From: Klebsormidium nitens
Lineage: Eukaryota; Plantae; Klebsormidiophyceae
Direction: 5' to 3'
DNA length: 44,432 nucleotides
NCBI GenBank assembly: GCA_000708835.1
Contig: DF237633.1
Coordinates: 1-44,432 of the forward strand
Shown here: positions 10,848-23,386 of the stretch, piece by piece
Layout: every line of letters starts with the position of its first letter
Numbering within the stretch: the first letter of the stretch is position 1
Translations under genes and position numbers: made by a program
Notes under the pieces: model-generated
Told to the model about the DNA's origin: nothing
The model's input: the letters and a program-made list of their open reading frames with translations, nothing else
Database searches by the model: none

Positions 10848-11410
10848 TTGGAAAAGCAGGTGACTGCGTTTCTTAAAGCGCAGATTGTGGAGTTTTCCCA
10901 GTCTCCGTATGGAGCACCTGTTCTGTTTGTTCCAAAGCCTAACGGTCGTGGTCTTCGTTTGTGTGTGGATTATCGAGCGTTAAAGACTCGATAACCATTA
11001 AGAACCGTTGTACGATTCCTCGTATTGATGATCTGTTAGACGCTGTGTCTGGGTCTCAATACTTTACTTCGCTTGATCTTACGTCTGGTTACCATCAGAT
11101 TTTGATCTCAGAAGAGGATCGTCGTACGCCGTTTGGTCACTTTCAGGTCAAAGTGTTGATCGAAGGTTTGACGAATGCTCCGGCAACGTTTCAGACCGTT
11201 ATGAATTCGATCTTTTCACCTTATCTGAAGAAGTTTGTCGTCGTGTATTTAGATGACATTCTTATCTTTTCGAAGTCTGAGGAAGAGCACCAGACGCATG
11301 TGCGTATGGTTTGAGATGTCCTGCGTCACGAGAAGTTTTACGTGACGAAGGCTAAATCTAAATACGCTCAGACTGAGATTCAGTACTTGGGGCATATTGT
11401 TAATGATCGA
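10848..11410 (+). mobile_element. Second Ty3/gypsy RT fragment including the YLDD motif
   Basis: Paralogue of 10034-10386, continuing FQTVMNSIF..VVVYLDDILIFSKSEEEH..*..YLGHIV. Lacks the 15 bp encoding PKTAF, has a frameshift and a stop, and ends at about 11410. Confidence 0.92.
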
Positions 11411-11572
11411 GCAGCTTTTGCAGACTGCGTTGTATGATTCAGCGAGCTGCTTTGTCGAACTTCCTCTCCTTTCTCCTGACTTCTCCGCTTGCCAAACCCC
11501 CACCTGAGTTCACGACCAGAATAAGCTTTCCTTCCTTGACATTGACGGTAACGAAGACAGCTCTTGATGCAG

Positions 11573-11702
11573 ATTACATGGCTGAAAAGGAGCTGGTTGC
11601 GGCCCTGGACAAAATATCCGCGCGGAAGAACTAGAGGCGGCGCTCGTGCAGTTCGCGCAAAAGCGGCATCTGGACGAGATCAAGCGCAGCCTGCAGGCAC
11701 AG
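11573..11702 (+). pseudogene. Orphan pseudo-exon of unknown gene
   Basis: TGCAG| ... |GTGCGC boundaries. Reads DYMAEKELVAALDKISA(fs)EELEAALVQFAQKRHLDEIKRSLQAQ. GC-rich island in lower-GC flanks. Confidence 0.35.
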
Positions 11703-12766
11703 GTGCGCCAAACGTAACAGCATTTGGCAAGATTCGTACCTTGCTTTGTCTTGCTTTCTGACTTCCAGACGCCCGGATTTTGGCGATCGCTCACTGTTCG
11801 TGCGTTCGTATTGCCAGGATTGCAACAGCTGTCAGCGAAAACTTGAAATGTCCTTTTTCTTCTTTTCCTTTGAAAGGTGTTTCTTGTTTTTGATGTATTA
11901 TATTGTTAGACCGATTGGTGAAAGCCTGCCATGATCCGGATTACACTTCCGTTCCGAGTTTGGGGCCGTAGTAGGCGACCAAAAGGTCGATCCTCGCATC
12001 CGAATTATTGGCACTCGAGCGAGGCCTTTTGTGTGACACGTGGCATCCTTTCCGGCAGTAGGCTATGATGCATCGTTACCGCTTGAAGCTCGTTAGAGTC
12101 CCCGTCAAAGAGACTATCTGTTTTCCAGCCGACTAACCGTCAATATGTCGCTGTGAAATGACTGAGTGGCGCATGGATACGACCTGGGCGCGCCAGCAAG
12201 TCATCAATGTGAAAGTGGATTTGACTTGCAGCTAGGTACAGATTCATTGACCAGATCTGGGCGTGGTCGACAGAGATGCCAAGAGGTCTTGGAGAACGGC
12301 CAATGGATTTCTTGATATAGTATGTGGTTGACCCGCAAGTTGTGCAATCGTTAACGCATAACTACAAATCACGGTTTATACGTTTGCTTCATAGCAACCG
12401 ATGCTGCGGAATGAAGCCCCAAACTTGAAAGGGAGGGTGTTAATTCTCGTGACAAGTTGTACATGTTGACTTACTGTGGCAATCCTATAAGAAACACGTC
12501 ACGCCCATCTTGCATGACATGGTCGGCACGATAATGGCACTAAATATTGGATGCAATAACGACTTTATCAAACTTGAAACGACGATCTGCGAGAGACTGT
12601 CTGGCAACTAGTAAGCGGGAAAACTACGTAAAAATGTCAATCGAGCATCTAAAACCGGTTCGATCAGCATTTTGTGTGCTGCTACCGCACCACTGATGCG
12701 AGACTGATGCACCTCGTAAACATTTCATCACCAAGTAAACCAGAAAAGCATTAGCTTTTCTTTGTC

Positions 12767-15700
12767 CTAAGTAAGCAATGGGCGTTCAATTCCTTGCTCA
12801 CCATAGCTAATATTTTCCCCCGCATATACTATCTCTAGGGATCTGGCTAGTTGCGTGCCCGTATTTGCAGCTTGAATCTCCCAGTTCGTGAGCCATACCA
12901 AGGTCACCTCCGCTCCTAATTGTGCTACGTCAGCAATGACCATCCCCATCCATAGTCCACTAACGCCTGGACGCTCTTTGAATCCAAGCACGAACGATGC
13001 AACGATCCCAATTGGATATTGAGTAATTAACACTATGAGGAAGACAACGTGGGGACGCGCACTGCCTTGCAGAATACCCTGTGCGACCTGCTGTGGGCTG
13101 TCTAGAACGGCATACAAAGCAAGCACAAGGAGGATCTTGGATGCGCGGCGGACCATTTCGGGCTCCGAAGTCAGGAGGCCGATTAGTGGGTTACGGAAGG
13201 CCGCAAGCGCAAGGGCAATCACAGCACCGAGGCCGAGGCCGACTAGGAGGAAGGCCCTGGAAGCAAGAGCCGCGATCTGGGGCTTGTTTGCCCCTAGGGC
13301 CATGGCGATTCGCGTACTGCAAACCAGCAAGAGTGTGTGAGGCGCATTCACCGTCCTGAGAGCCGCCGAGCTATCGATGGATTGAGGATGCTCAGCAAAA
13401 TGAAGGTTGTGGAATCGCTAGCAGCGAAGCAGTACCTTCCATGCGGAAACCTAGTAACTGCAAGTGACCAGAACATTCTTCATGACTGATTATTGCATTT
13501 GCCTACTGCGGAGCATCTGATATGAGTCGATTCGACTGAAAAGCCAAGGACGAACGAGCTTCCGCGGGGCCCGGTTGGCATAAGCGGTGTAAGGCTAGGC
13601 CTTGGTTCTTCTGTTCGACACGGCCCAGGCTAGCTTTGCACCCTACTCCCGGAAAGCATTCGAATTGGAGCAAGTCACTTGCTCCAATGAAGAAGTCAAT
13701 AAACCGGAGCTCTCCTCCACTTTGAGCCGGCTTGCACGAAATTCATCCGGGCCCCATCATCGATTTCTTTTTGAGGAGGCAGGTTTTTGTTTGCTAAACA
13801 GTTGCACAGCGGCCTCGCTCCCGAGAAAGCGCTTTACTTCCTGCCACCAATCTGGTAACGCCTTTGTCTTCGACGTCAAGTACTTAGCCCTTAGACGACG
13901 AGATGACTCACCTTGACGCCGTTGCGACACCAAAGGTGATCCCAGAGAGCACAGCGTTGATGTAGAACGCAATGGCAAGGGCAGCAATGTTGTAAGCAGG
14001 ATTCTGCACGCGCACACGGAGCTCAGTAGGTAGCATCGTCTGGCCGGACAAAGGTACGATGTCAAAGGCCGGAGCAAATTTTAGCTGCGTAAACTGATTG
14101 GCGGCTACAAGCATTTTGGAGTCGGAACACAGAGGGCAAAACGGCTGACCACCTTCTACTTATGGTGCCTTCTGTTCTGCACGCTTTCTTTTAGTCTATT
14201 GGAAGCACACTGCTGATAACCCACAAGCTCAGAGTCAAGGTGCCCCTAGAGCAATCCTGTTCGTTGTGTCAGAAATCCTAGCTGATACGACTCTGCTTGC
14301 TGATGTTGCGGAACAACAACGAGAAAGCTGGATGCCCAACATTTCGGCGGACCGCCAATTCAATCTGCAACTCCTCTGCCAACTGACAGAGCTGCAAGAG
14401 TGGGCAACGATCAAGGAACTCACCGGAAGCCAACCACCCATCAATACCAGCGTTTCGAACGACCATACTTGCAACCATAGTGCGGCACAGCAAGGAACTC
14501 CCAGTCTGCAAACGCCAGTCTCAGAGTCATGGTTTGGTACTGTGAGACCTCTGCCAGTAGGCCGCCTTTGCTTACATGCAATCCATCAACATTCGCAGCT
14601 TGAAGGGCTGCTTCTGTAAGTGGGTCAGTACCGAAGGCGCAGTCCTAGCTTCATTGCAAGACGTTAGAGGACTCACTCTTACGGAAGCTCGATATCTTGA
14701 TGTAGATGATCCTCGGACTCGTATAAAGAGACATACTCAGTAATAGAGGCAACTTGCTGTAGGGCCCCCACAGCTGCACACTCAAAGATCGCCTAAGACT
14801 GAGCAGCCTCGCACTGTAAGATGTCAAAATTGAGCACGAACGCACCTCAAGAAAGTACCCCAACCCACAGCCCATACACGTGGCGACCATCCAGGCCAGC
14901 ACGGCGCGAATGTCTGGTTGTAGGCTCCATGTGACACAAGGAATACGATGTGCACAATCTCGAAGCAGTACCCTGCAATTGCAGGCCCAACGACTCCCAG
15001 TCGAATGTAGTCCATGAACAGATAGTTCAGGGGGATTTGGAGCAGAAATCCGCGGGAGGCGCCCATTGCAATTGGTGTCGTGTGGCCCTGCATGGAAGAT
15101 GTTGAGCTTTGTGTCCACAGGTTTCCTTGCTCTTGAGCAGACTGCGGTTTCAAAAAAGTGAAAAGTGCAATCAGCAATACAATATGTCTTTCCAAGTCTA
15201 GCCTGTTGTCATGCTGACAAATGGTACACATGTGCTTCAGCAAGCGTGCCAGACCTTTCCTCTGAAGTAATCGGTAAGTTGTCAGAATGACTTGAATTCT
15301 GGAGTACATTTGCTGAGCTCTTATGTACTGCCTGTGGACTTTGCAAGAAGAACAGTGCGTAAAGAAATTCTGGCTCACAGTGCAGCGGGATCGAAGCTCG
15401 ACATGCATCTCAATGTGCGGCAGACTTACTTGAGACCGCGCAAAGAGACGGAGCGGCATGACAATAGCCATTAGACTATTTTGGGGTAGTTGATACCGCA
15501 GGAAAAGTCCAGCGATAGCGGCAATCTCTTTGGGCTGAGCGCACGCCAGCAAGATTGCTTCAGCATTCAGCCAGAGTACAGATATGGGCACGTCGGCAAG
15601 CAACAGTATGATCAGGCTCCTTTGCAACCATGCACCCTGCAAAAACAGCATTGCATTCTAATATCTACCAACAGCAAGAGAGTACCCAAAGGAGCAGCCA

Positions 15701-16717
15701 AAAGGTTTCCTGCTTTTGATCACTGAACACACGTCTGATTCAAGCGGCAAACCTCAGACTGGTCTAGAAGCAAAGCTTGCATTTGCACCCTTGAGTATTG
15801 CGCTGTGCTTCATGAGCTGGCACGCTTAAATGACCTGGACATTATATGATGCTATTCTGATTCAAGATTGTTTGCAAAGGGTCACAGGTGAATGCGATTC
15901 CGATACTCTTGAGAAAGCGCATCACCACCAGAAATGCTGACCGGCATCCATGGTCTGCCCACAGTTAACACAGAAGCTCGACCAGATCTCCCTAGTCCTT
16001 GGCATGTCGTCTGCCTATCTTTCATGGGGCACTTCACAGATGGCAGATAACCTGTCTCAACTACAAATTTCATGTTGCAGCTTCAGCAAGCTTTCAAATT
16101 GCAGTAGTACACAGTGGAATAGAACGTGCATATACTAGGCGTGCTTACCATCGACTTGAAGTCCTTCGCACCGATTGCTCTGCCAAAAAGCGGTTCAAGA
16201 GCCAGAGACAGACCAAGCATCGTGGATTGTGAGGTGATATTGGCAACTGTCAACGCCGAAGGGCACCCCCTGCAGACGCACAGCCACAGCAACCCAGTGT
16301 GAGCATTTCGAGTCATGTCTGTTGTGAACTCAGAGAGAAACCCAGGAACAAAAATCTACTATAAGGTGTTCGTTCAGAATCCCCTCTACTGCAAAATGAG
16401 GAGAGGGCTGGAACACGTGCCAGCTGGGAGCCCTTTTTGGCAGGACCTGAACCCTGAAATCAAGACGAGCTTCAACCCAGAGGTCTGACTCTTGTAAGCT
16501 TGTTTCCTGTAATAAGCTTGATTCCCACATGTCACACCAGCTCACCAGCAAGTTCCACATGACCTAGGCGTCCTAAGAATGCAAATGCTACCAACATGCG
16601 AAGGTTTGCCAGACAATTTGCTGTGGCAACCGGCCAGGCTATCCGCCAAACCGCGTTTCGTTCATCTGCTGGCAGAAATTTGAGCTCTGCCGGCGCCAGG
16701 ACTGGAGGGTTCGTCAT
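12767..16717 (-). CDS. MATE (DTX-type) efflux transporter, 7 exons, ~487 aa; apparent frameshift at the start of exon 2 (pseudogene or assembly error)
   Basis: Exons 16717-16546, 16269-16149, 15636-15430, 15087-14846, 14505-14424, 14003-13912, 13316-12767, all GT-AG. Motifs LGRLGHVELAG, ANIT..LGL..ALEPLFGRAIGAK, WLQRS, WPGWS, WSFETLVLMGGWLPNP, STRIAMALGANKP, QGILQGSARP, GLWMGM. All phases fit except exons 1+2 (293 nt). Confidence 0.9.
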
Positions 16718-17346
16718 GTCGTTGGGCAAACAGTCCAGCCCCTAAATCTCGGCCCTACAAGCTGCCCAGCTGCTTCAAAAGTGCTCTTCGATCCATCATT
16801 TTCTATTGCCAGCACGTCTCATGAAATCCTCATCCAGCTGACCAGAACTTATGATAATCCACGAAGCGAGCACAATTACAACCACGGTCAATTGTGGTGC
16901 CTGCACTAGCTTGTAATTATAAGGAGGGCACAAAAAATTTCATGCTGCAGAGCTGCTTGAAGGTTCCAATGCCAGCCTTGAACTTTAGACATTGGATCTA
17001 GATCTTGGTTTTTTACTACGTACGAATACACTACCGGCGCTAGTACTACGTTATTTAGGTATGTAACATTGGTCACCTCAGGTGACAGGCAGCTTGGCCC
17101 TACCTAATGAAAATTGCTGCCTAGCTCCGTCCGAGGTGAAAAGGCACGTCACGCGTACGTCATCCAGAGGTGTTTCTGGTACGGCCTCGCGGCGGAAAAG
17201 CCGAGTCCACGAACTTACGAAGCCTGGTTCTAGTCCTAGCAGATGTCAGAATTAATTCGAGGCCCTTGGTACACTTCATGCCACATGGGTACCTATTTGG
17301 TCCATGCAGTCACGTTGGCATACCGTAGGTACTGTTGTCGAATGTC

Positions 17347-17581
17347 CAGGGTTGGAGTTACCGTACCAATTGTCCGATTGGGCAGCAATTAAATATCCTT
17401 TGACTTGCCCAAAACTTCAGTGAATTGAAGATAAATTCGATATAAGATTTGCAGATCATTTTGCCCCGTAAAAATTAAAATAAATGGATAAATGAAGCTG
17501 CCCAAAATCCATGAGATACGAAATTGATTATTGGGCAAAAATCTGCCCAACCGGACAAATGGTACGATTAAAATCCCAAGA
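17347..17581. mobile_element. MITE-like element with imperfect inverted repeats
   Basis: 17362-17385 and 17543-17566 are inverted repeats (22/24 match). AT-rich interior with repeated TGCCCAAAA/TTTGCCCC motifs. Left end begins CAGGGTT (hAT-like). No target-site duplication identified. Confidence 0.55.
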
Positions 17582-18202
17582 TAGCGCAATCGACGAGACA
17601 GAGTATGAATTCGGTGCGACAAGCTAGGTACATGATGGCCGCGAGTCTGCCGCAAGGAGCACCGAGAAAGCGCTTGCCGTGCAAAATAGCGTGCTCGACT
17701 CGCAGGCTTAACACCAGACGCCGGACGGCAGTCTGCCACAGTCCTCAACCGAGATGCGGCACAGTATGAAAATCAGCGACGGCGTTAAGCTTGCGTCACT
17801 CGACCAATCAAATCGCCGAAATGGGTCCTGCAGTCCATCGCCCGGGAACTACTCTGCAACGCTTTGAATACCTAATATTGTGGAGGACAGGCTCTAGTCC
17901 CAGACTGCAGTAGGAACTCGGAAGAATGTCCAATCCTCCAGAGCTTAAAAGCCAGGCAGGTAGATCAATGACGAAAAGCCAGCAATCTGAAGACCGAGCT
18001 TCTGCTGTGGTGGCCCTAGCGCCATGACTAATCCAAGAAGTATCTCAGTATCTGACTCCTGATCATCTCTTGATGACTCTTGCAGCACGAACATTGTCAG
18101 CTGCAAGGATCTGCGGAATTTAGTTTAGGTTTAGGCATATACAGTGCTATATTGTGCACGTCATTCAAATTCTAAGTGGAAAGAAGTGAAAGATATTTAC
18201 GA

Positions 18203-21200
18203 ATGAAACCCCAACGGGAGTTAGAATCTAGTTCCGGCAATACTCTTGCTGAAGATGCAAGCCGGCGCAAGCATGAGGCAATTGACATGTGGGGAGCCTC
18301 AAGGTTTCCTCCGGGACACAAACGCTTCACGGCAACGTCGATGCTGGACTTTTCGGAAAGCGACCTGTTGGAGGCGAGAGTCTTCCAGTTGGGAGCTCAA
18401 CCAGGGGCGAATCCTCATCAGAAGGAATTGATCCCCCTCAAACAAGCAAACCTGGTGAGGCTTGAGTGGTGTAAATTCACCAGTGAGCATCTCAGGCTGG
18501 CCGGCAATGACAGTCTTGGGAGTCTTGCAGCTTATTGCACGTTCTCTGAATCTGTTCTATGATTCGACCTCGGATGGCTGATATGCTCAACAGAAAGGAC
18601 GTTGGCCGCAGTTCACCGCAAAGGGTTGCAATTTCCCCACCAACATAGACAGCCTTAGTAGATTCTTTGATATTTGAACAATTAAATATGGCATTGTCAT
18701 CAACGAGCTGCTCTCCATGACGATCTTGTGCTACAGCCTGGAAGATGAGCGGTGTAGGTGACCCGGTTCTTGCAATGATTGGAGTTGACCTGTCAAACTC
18801 CAGGTGTGAGGAGTGCACTCTGTGCTTCGATGAATTCATACACAACCTGGCAGTTTTCGCATGAGCCGTGCAGGTTGCACATGACCAGCTGGAAACCTGC
18901 AGCTTTTGAGGCTGCCTTTCCAAACTCCATTCTATGTTGCTGTCCCTAGTGTCTCTTCGAAAATGGGCAGAGATTGGGACTGAAGAATTCGAAGCATGCT
19001 TATCCACTGGTGCCTTTAGGCACGAGCATCAGCAACAGACCAGAACGCGCCTTCTCTGTGCAGATTCCCAAAGATACCTTCATCTACAATGCAGACCAGC
19101 CCGTCCGTCTCCTCCTTCATTTATCAGGCAGCTCTGTCAAGCTGTTTCTCCTGAGCCCGTCCTTCTGGGGGCTCATGGCCCTGCATCTGCTGCTCCTGGT
19201 GGTCTACTGGAAGGTCGCTAACCAGCACAGCCGCGTTGATTCTGCCACCGCAAAAGATTCTGCATGGCCCTTTCTGCGCACAACGACCTACACTGGCTAC
19301 CTAGGGACCCTGGTTTCCTTCTGCCTGGTCTTCCAGACTACGCAGAGTTACAACAGGTGCGTGTCAGCTGAAGCCTGATTTTGAACAGCCTCGGCTACAT
19401 GCTAAGATATGAAGAGGGCAACCTAAGGCAGAAGTATCAAACTCTGGCTTACTACCTGGAACGTGGATAGGCTATTCGACATTGCCCTTTCCTACGTGTC
19501 CACCTTTTGAAAGCATTTGTTGCTGTCCAGGCCCCTTGCTTTTCTGGTCAACCTTCTTCTCATTCTGCCAGAGCGCCGCTTGCTCGCACGAAAAATGGTC
19601 ATTTGTCCGACACAGCGTAAACAGAAAGTTCAATCTGCAAGTAGTGCCTGCAAATCTTTCGGCTGTAGTTGCACTTTCAAAGGCTGCGGAGCTTTGCCAG
19701 CTCAACGTGTTTGAGTTTGGGTAAGAGTTGGAGGTCATGTGCTTCAAGTTGGTCTTGCAGCATATGCACGGAGGGAGCCGCTTGAAGTTAGGCATCAAAT
19801 CTTGATCGACCGGCTCATTTCGGCTTTTGGGCTGCATTTCAACTTTCCCTGCACTTGCCCAACCATAGCAGATCCCAGCCAAAAAAGGTTGCAATCTGGG
19901 TAATATTCTGACTCATTTGTGTTCTGCCTCAGGTTTTTCCAGCAGTACATGGCTAGTGGGAAGATCTTAAACCAGGCCTGTTGCGTTCATGCAATCCCTT
20001 CGGACACACCTTCCTGACGACTCCTTCCCTGGGGCGAGGGCTGTCCGCGAGCAGATCCGGAAATACGTGGTTGTACAGATGTATCTAGGGTTCACGTGGC
20101 TCCCATATTACAAGGCAAAGCGGCTAAATATGTGGGCGTTTGGCTACATGCGCAAGTGCGGTCTCCTGTCGCCACAAGAGCAGCAACATATTCTGGCACT
20201 GCCTAGCTCTGCTCCGATGTTCCCTGTGGTGAGTGGCGCTCTGGACACTGATACAACTCGGAAAGACCTAGTCGAACGCACCCAACCCCATCTAATATGT
20301 GTCCTTAGTAGATTAGCAGCCGGCGGCCAGGCGCTCGAGTCGTCATGCGTTCAGCGTCCGTTAAAAGTGCAAGATTCCGCCCGTTTCAAACACAATCCAG
20401 TAATGTTTGCAGAGTGTATTTAGGATATGTTGGCTACCAAGCTAGCGTCTGGAGTTTCGACAAGTTGCAAGCCAGTGAAGCGAGTCATCAAGTAAGGCGT
20501 CAATGTTCTGCTTCAGCCCTGGTCGCAAGCCCGGCAAGAAGTGACCGACTCTTTTTGGTATCAAGATCAGAGAAGCCTCGCATTATCCGCAAGAAGCAAT
20601 GCGCACTATAAAAATGTGAGTGATCCTGTGGCGGGGGGGCGAAATTATCTTCGTACGCCAATTCCCGAAAGATTTGAGAGGGGCGCGTTGGGCCTTGCGA
20701 CTCCGGCAGTTCGTGTGGCTCACTTCTTATTCTTGACAGTGTTTCGACACTGCGGCCATAAGTATTCGTGCTGTCAAAGCATGGCTGCCCATTGTAATCT
20801 GCATAAACCCGCACCTTGGTGTCACCCAAACCGCCCCCCAACCCACTCGCCACTTTCTTTCCAGGCATGCGCTGCTGTTCTCAAAACGCTCCAAAGATGT
20901 TCGGAGTCAGTAGGATCTTCAGTTCCTCTTGTATTCCTCAAGACTCCACTTCGAAATCCAATTTGGGTAGCCTGCCAAACCAAACACCAATCTTTGTTTT
21001 CGAGGCAACTTCAGGAAACAGCAAATCAGGCGAATGAGGTGACACCAGGCGTCACTCCTCTCAGTCCTCTGCAGCTTCATCACTGGATCGAGCAGATCTT
21101 GTTTCGGGAGGTGCAACGGGGCCACATCACCGAGCGAACGTTTGACTGCTTGGCAACATTCACGACAGGGATCATGGCGAATTTCTGCGTCATATACAAC

Positions 21201-22391
21201 CTAGCTGCAATGCCGGTAGGTGCAAATGCAGTTGCGATTGGATTGTGGCTCCAGAGGGATTGACATTGCCTCCGCACGGGGCTCTGATTCTGCACTGCGC
21301 ACATCTCTTTCTAGTATTGGGAATTTTCTCAACTTCGTTGCCTTGTTCCATGCACTGGTGTAGATGTATGATGTCTTCGCAACGGACTTCGAATCGTGAA
21401 AATTTTTCGAAGACTTCCGCTGAAAGTTTCAACCTCACGAATGTCGGCGCTCGGCCAAGCTGGTCATCTTCATTTGCGTTTGAGCGGCGGTCCTTACTCT
21501 GACCCCGTCTTTTGAAAGGCTCAAGTCTCCATGGATCGCTGGCTCCATGCCCGAAATGTCAGGCTGCTTTCCTGCTTCACCGAGCCGCTCCTTTGCCACG
21601 TGTCACCGTCGCAGGTGCCTTTCGCTTTCTACCATCTGCTCAACGTCATGGCGTTAGGGTACCTGCTTCTTCTCTGCTACCCTTATGTAAGACTTTCCAA
21701 ATGTGACTGCAGAATCTCGCAGTGCCCAAAGCTTGTGAGATCATTCACAAAGGCACCTTTTCCCTCTTCACTTCCTCCAGTTTCTCAAAGCAAGCCCTTC
21801 CGGTATGGATTGTGCATTAGATCAGCCTTGATCTGTTCGTTCACAAGGATTCGCAAGAATTCAGTCCGGGGCCCACAGACCAGAAAATTCTTCAGCAGGC
21901 AGGATGCAGCCGCAACGAACAGAACTTGAGAAGGACGTCAGTGAATCCAAGTTGAGGGAGCCAAGGCTTGATCTTCGGATTCCGCCTTTACAAGACGTAC
22001 TTTTGACCTATTTCGTGGCTTCGCCGTTTACATCTATCTCCGTTTTAAGACTTGCGAGCCAGCACGCCTTTCTGCATTTTGAAGAGCTATGCCCAAAGGC
22101 TGAACGAGCGAAGCGGACCGTTTTCATTCTTTTGGGACGTTCGCATGATTAGCAGCCTAATGTGGCCTGCACGATTTGCAGATCAGCATGGCTTACTTCT
22201 ACAGCCTTCTCCCGTTCGGCCTCACTGCTTTAATCACCCTCGCCTTGCGTGAGGTGTCGAATGCTATGGCGGACCCTTTTGGACCTGACGACATGGACAT
22301 CCCTATTTTGGACCAAGTAGTCACGGTTCACATGGCAACTGCCGGACTCGTCAATGAAGGACAGCCATACTTTGACTATGAACAAAATTGA
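18203..22391 (+). CDS. Bestrophin-like (UPF0187-type) channel, ~420 aa; apparent frameshift in exon 3
   Basis: Exons 18203-18454 (tentative), 19064-19356, 19933-20228, 21075-21215, 21615-21686, 22182-22391. Motifs LGTLVSFCLVFQTTQSYNRF, MPVPFAFYHLL, LREVSNAMADPFGPDDMDIP. One net extra base near 19975-19990. Confidence 0.82.
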
Positions 22392-23386
22392 CGAACAAAA
22401 TGGACTCAAGGAGTAAGTCGATGGTACGTGACACGTAGCTACGTTGGGAGAGGAGCTAGAAGAGTTAGAAAGAGCTTAAGATCGAGCGCCGCTTTGTACA
22501 AAACGACGAATCACGACTCGACCTTTCACGATTTGTAATTAAGCGTGCTACTTGTATAGTCCATCTCGATCTGGCGTGTCCATGGAGTTGATCGAACGAG
22601 TTGGACGGCGCGCGGCTTGCACGGGCGCGGCCAAAAAAGAGAACTAATCTTCTTTATAGTGTAAAAGCTTTGGATCGGATGTGGAGGACGGCCGCTATGG
22701 CACTTGTCAATGCACCGCCGCCCTGCCGATCTGTATTTAGGATCGATGACTTCTGGCCCGGCCAGGCATACCAACGAACGAAGACCGAAAGCATGCATTC
22801 ATGGGCTTCCGACAATTATAGTACCGTCCGTGGCATCCAAAAGGCATACTTTTTAGAATGACATTGCAATGGAACGCCGCGCCCTAGATCTTGTAGTACT
22901 GTGGCCTTAAGATGAATCTATCATTTATATAAGTTCGGTCGCGATGTATGGGACGATCGGACATTGATCTGGGCCCGCCCGTGGCAGCACGATCAGGATC
23001 ATATGTACGCATAGTCTAGCTGTCATTCTTATCGCAGCCTGAGTACGTCGGACTCGAGTCATGCCATGATCGGCCGCTGATCGTCATATGTATGCACTGA
23101 TGCAGCTTGGTACGAAGTAAAAGCAAAAAATGCTCATAGTCGTGCCAAGTCCATGCAAAGGCATGCGAAGTGGTGCCTCAATCCGCAAAATCATGTTTCT
23201 AGTGGCTAGAAGCTTGCAGGGTCCCCCGAAGCTCATGACAACGACTTGGCGACCCGGAACTGCCGTCAAAGGTTGTTGGACGAATGCTCCCTTGTCTACA
23301 GAAGGACGTCATTTCTAGCGCTTCACAAAGAAAAAACATCCACCCTTCGATCTTCGAAACCTTAACGGGGCCCCAAGTTGCGAACG

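Noticed and set aside
10848-11190. Second RT copy as redundant assembly of the first
   Set aside because: Carries its own indels and substitutions, so it is a distinct copy, though adjacency across the gap is unproven.
14235-14370. Extra MATE exon after a TTGCAG
   Set aside because: No MATE similarity; the model is in frame without it.
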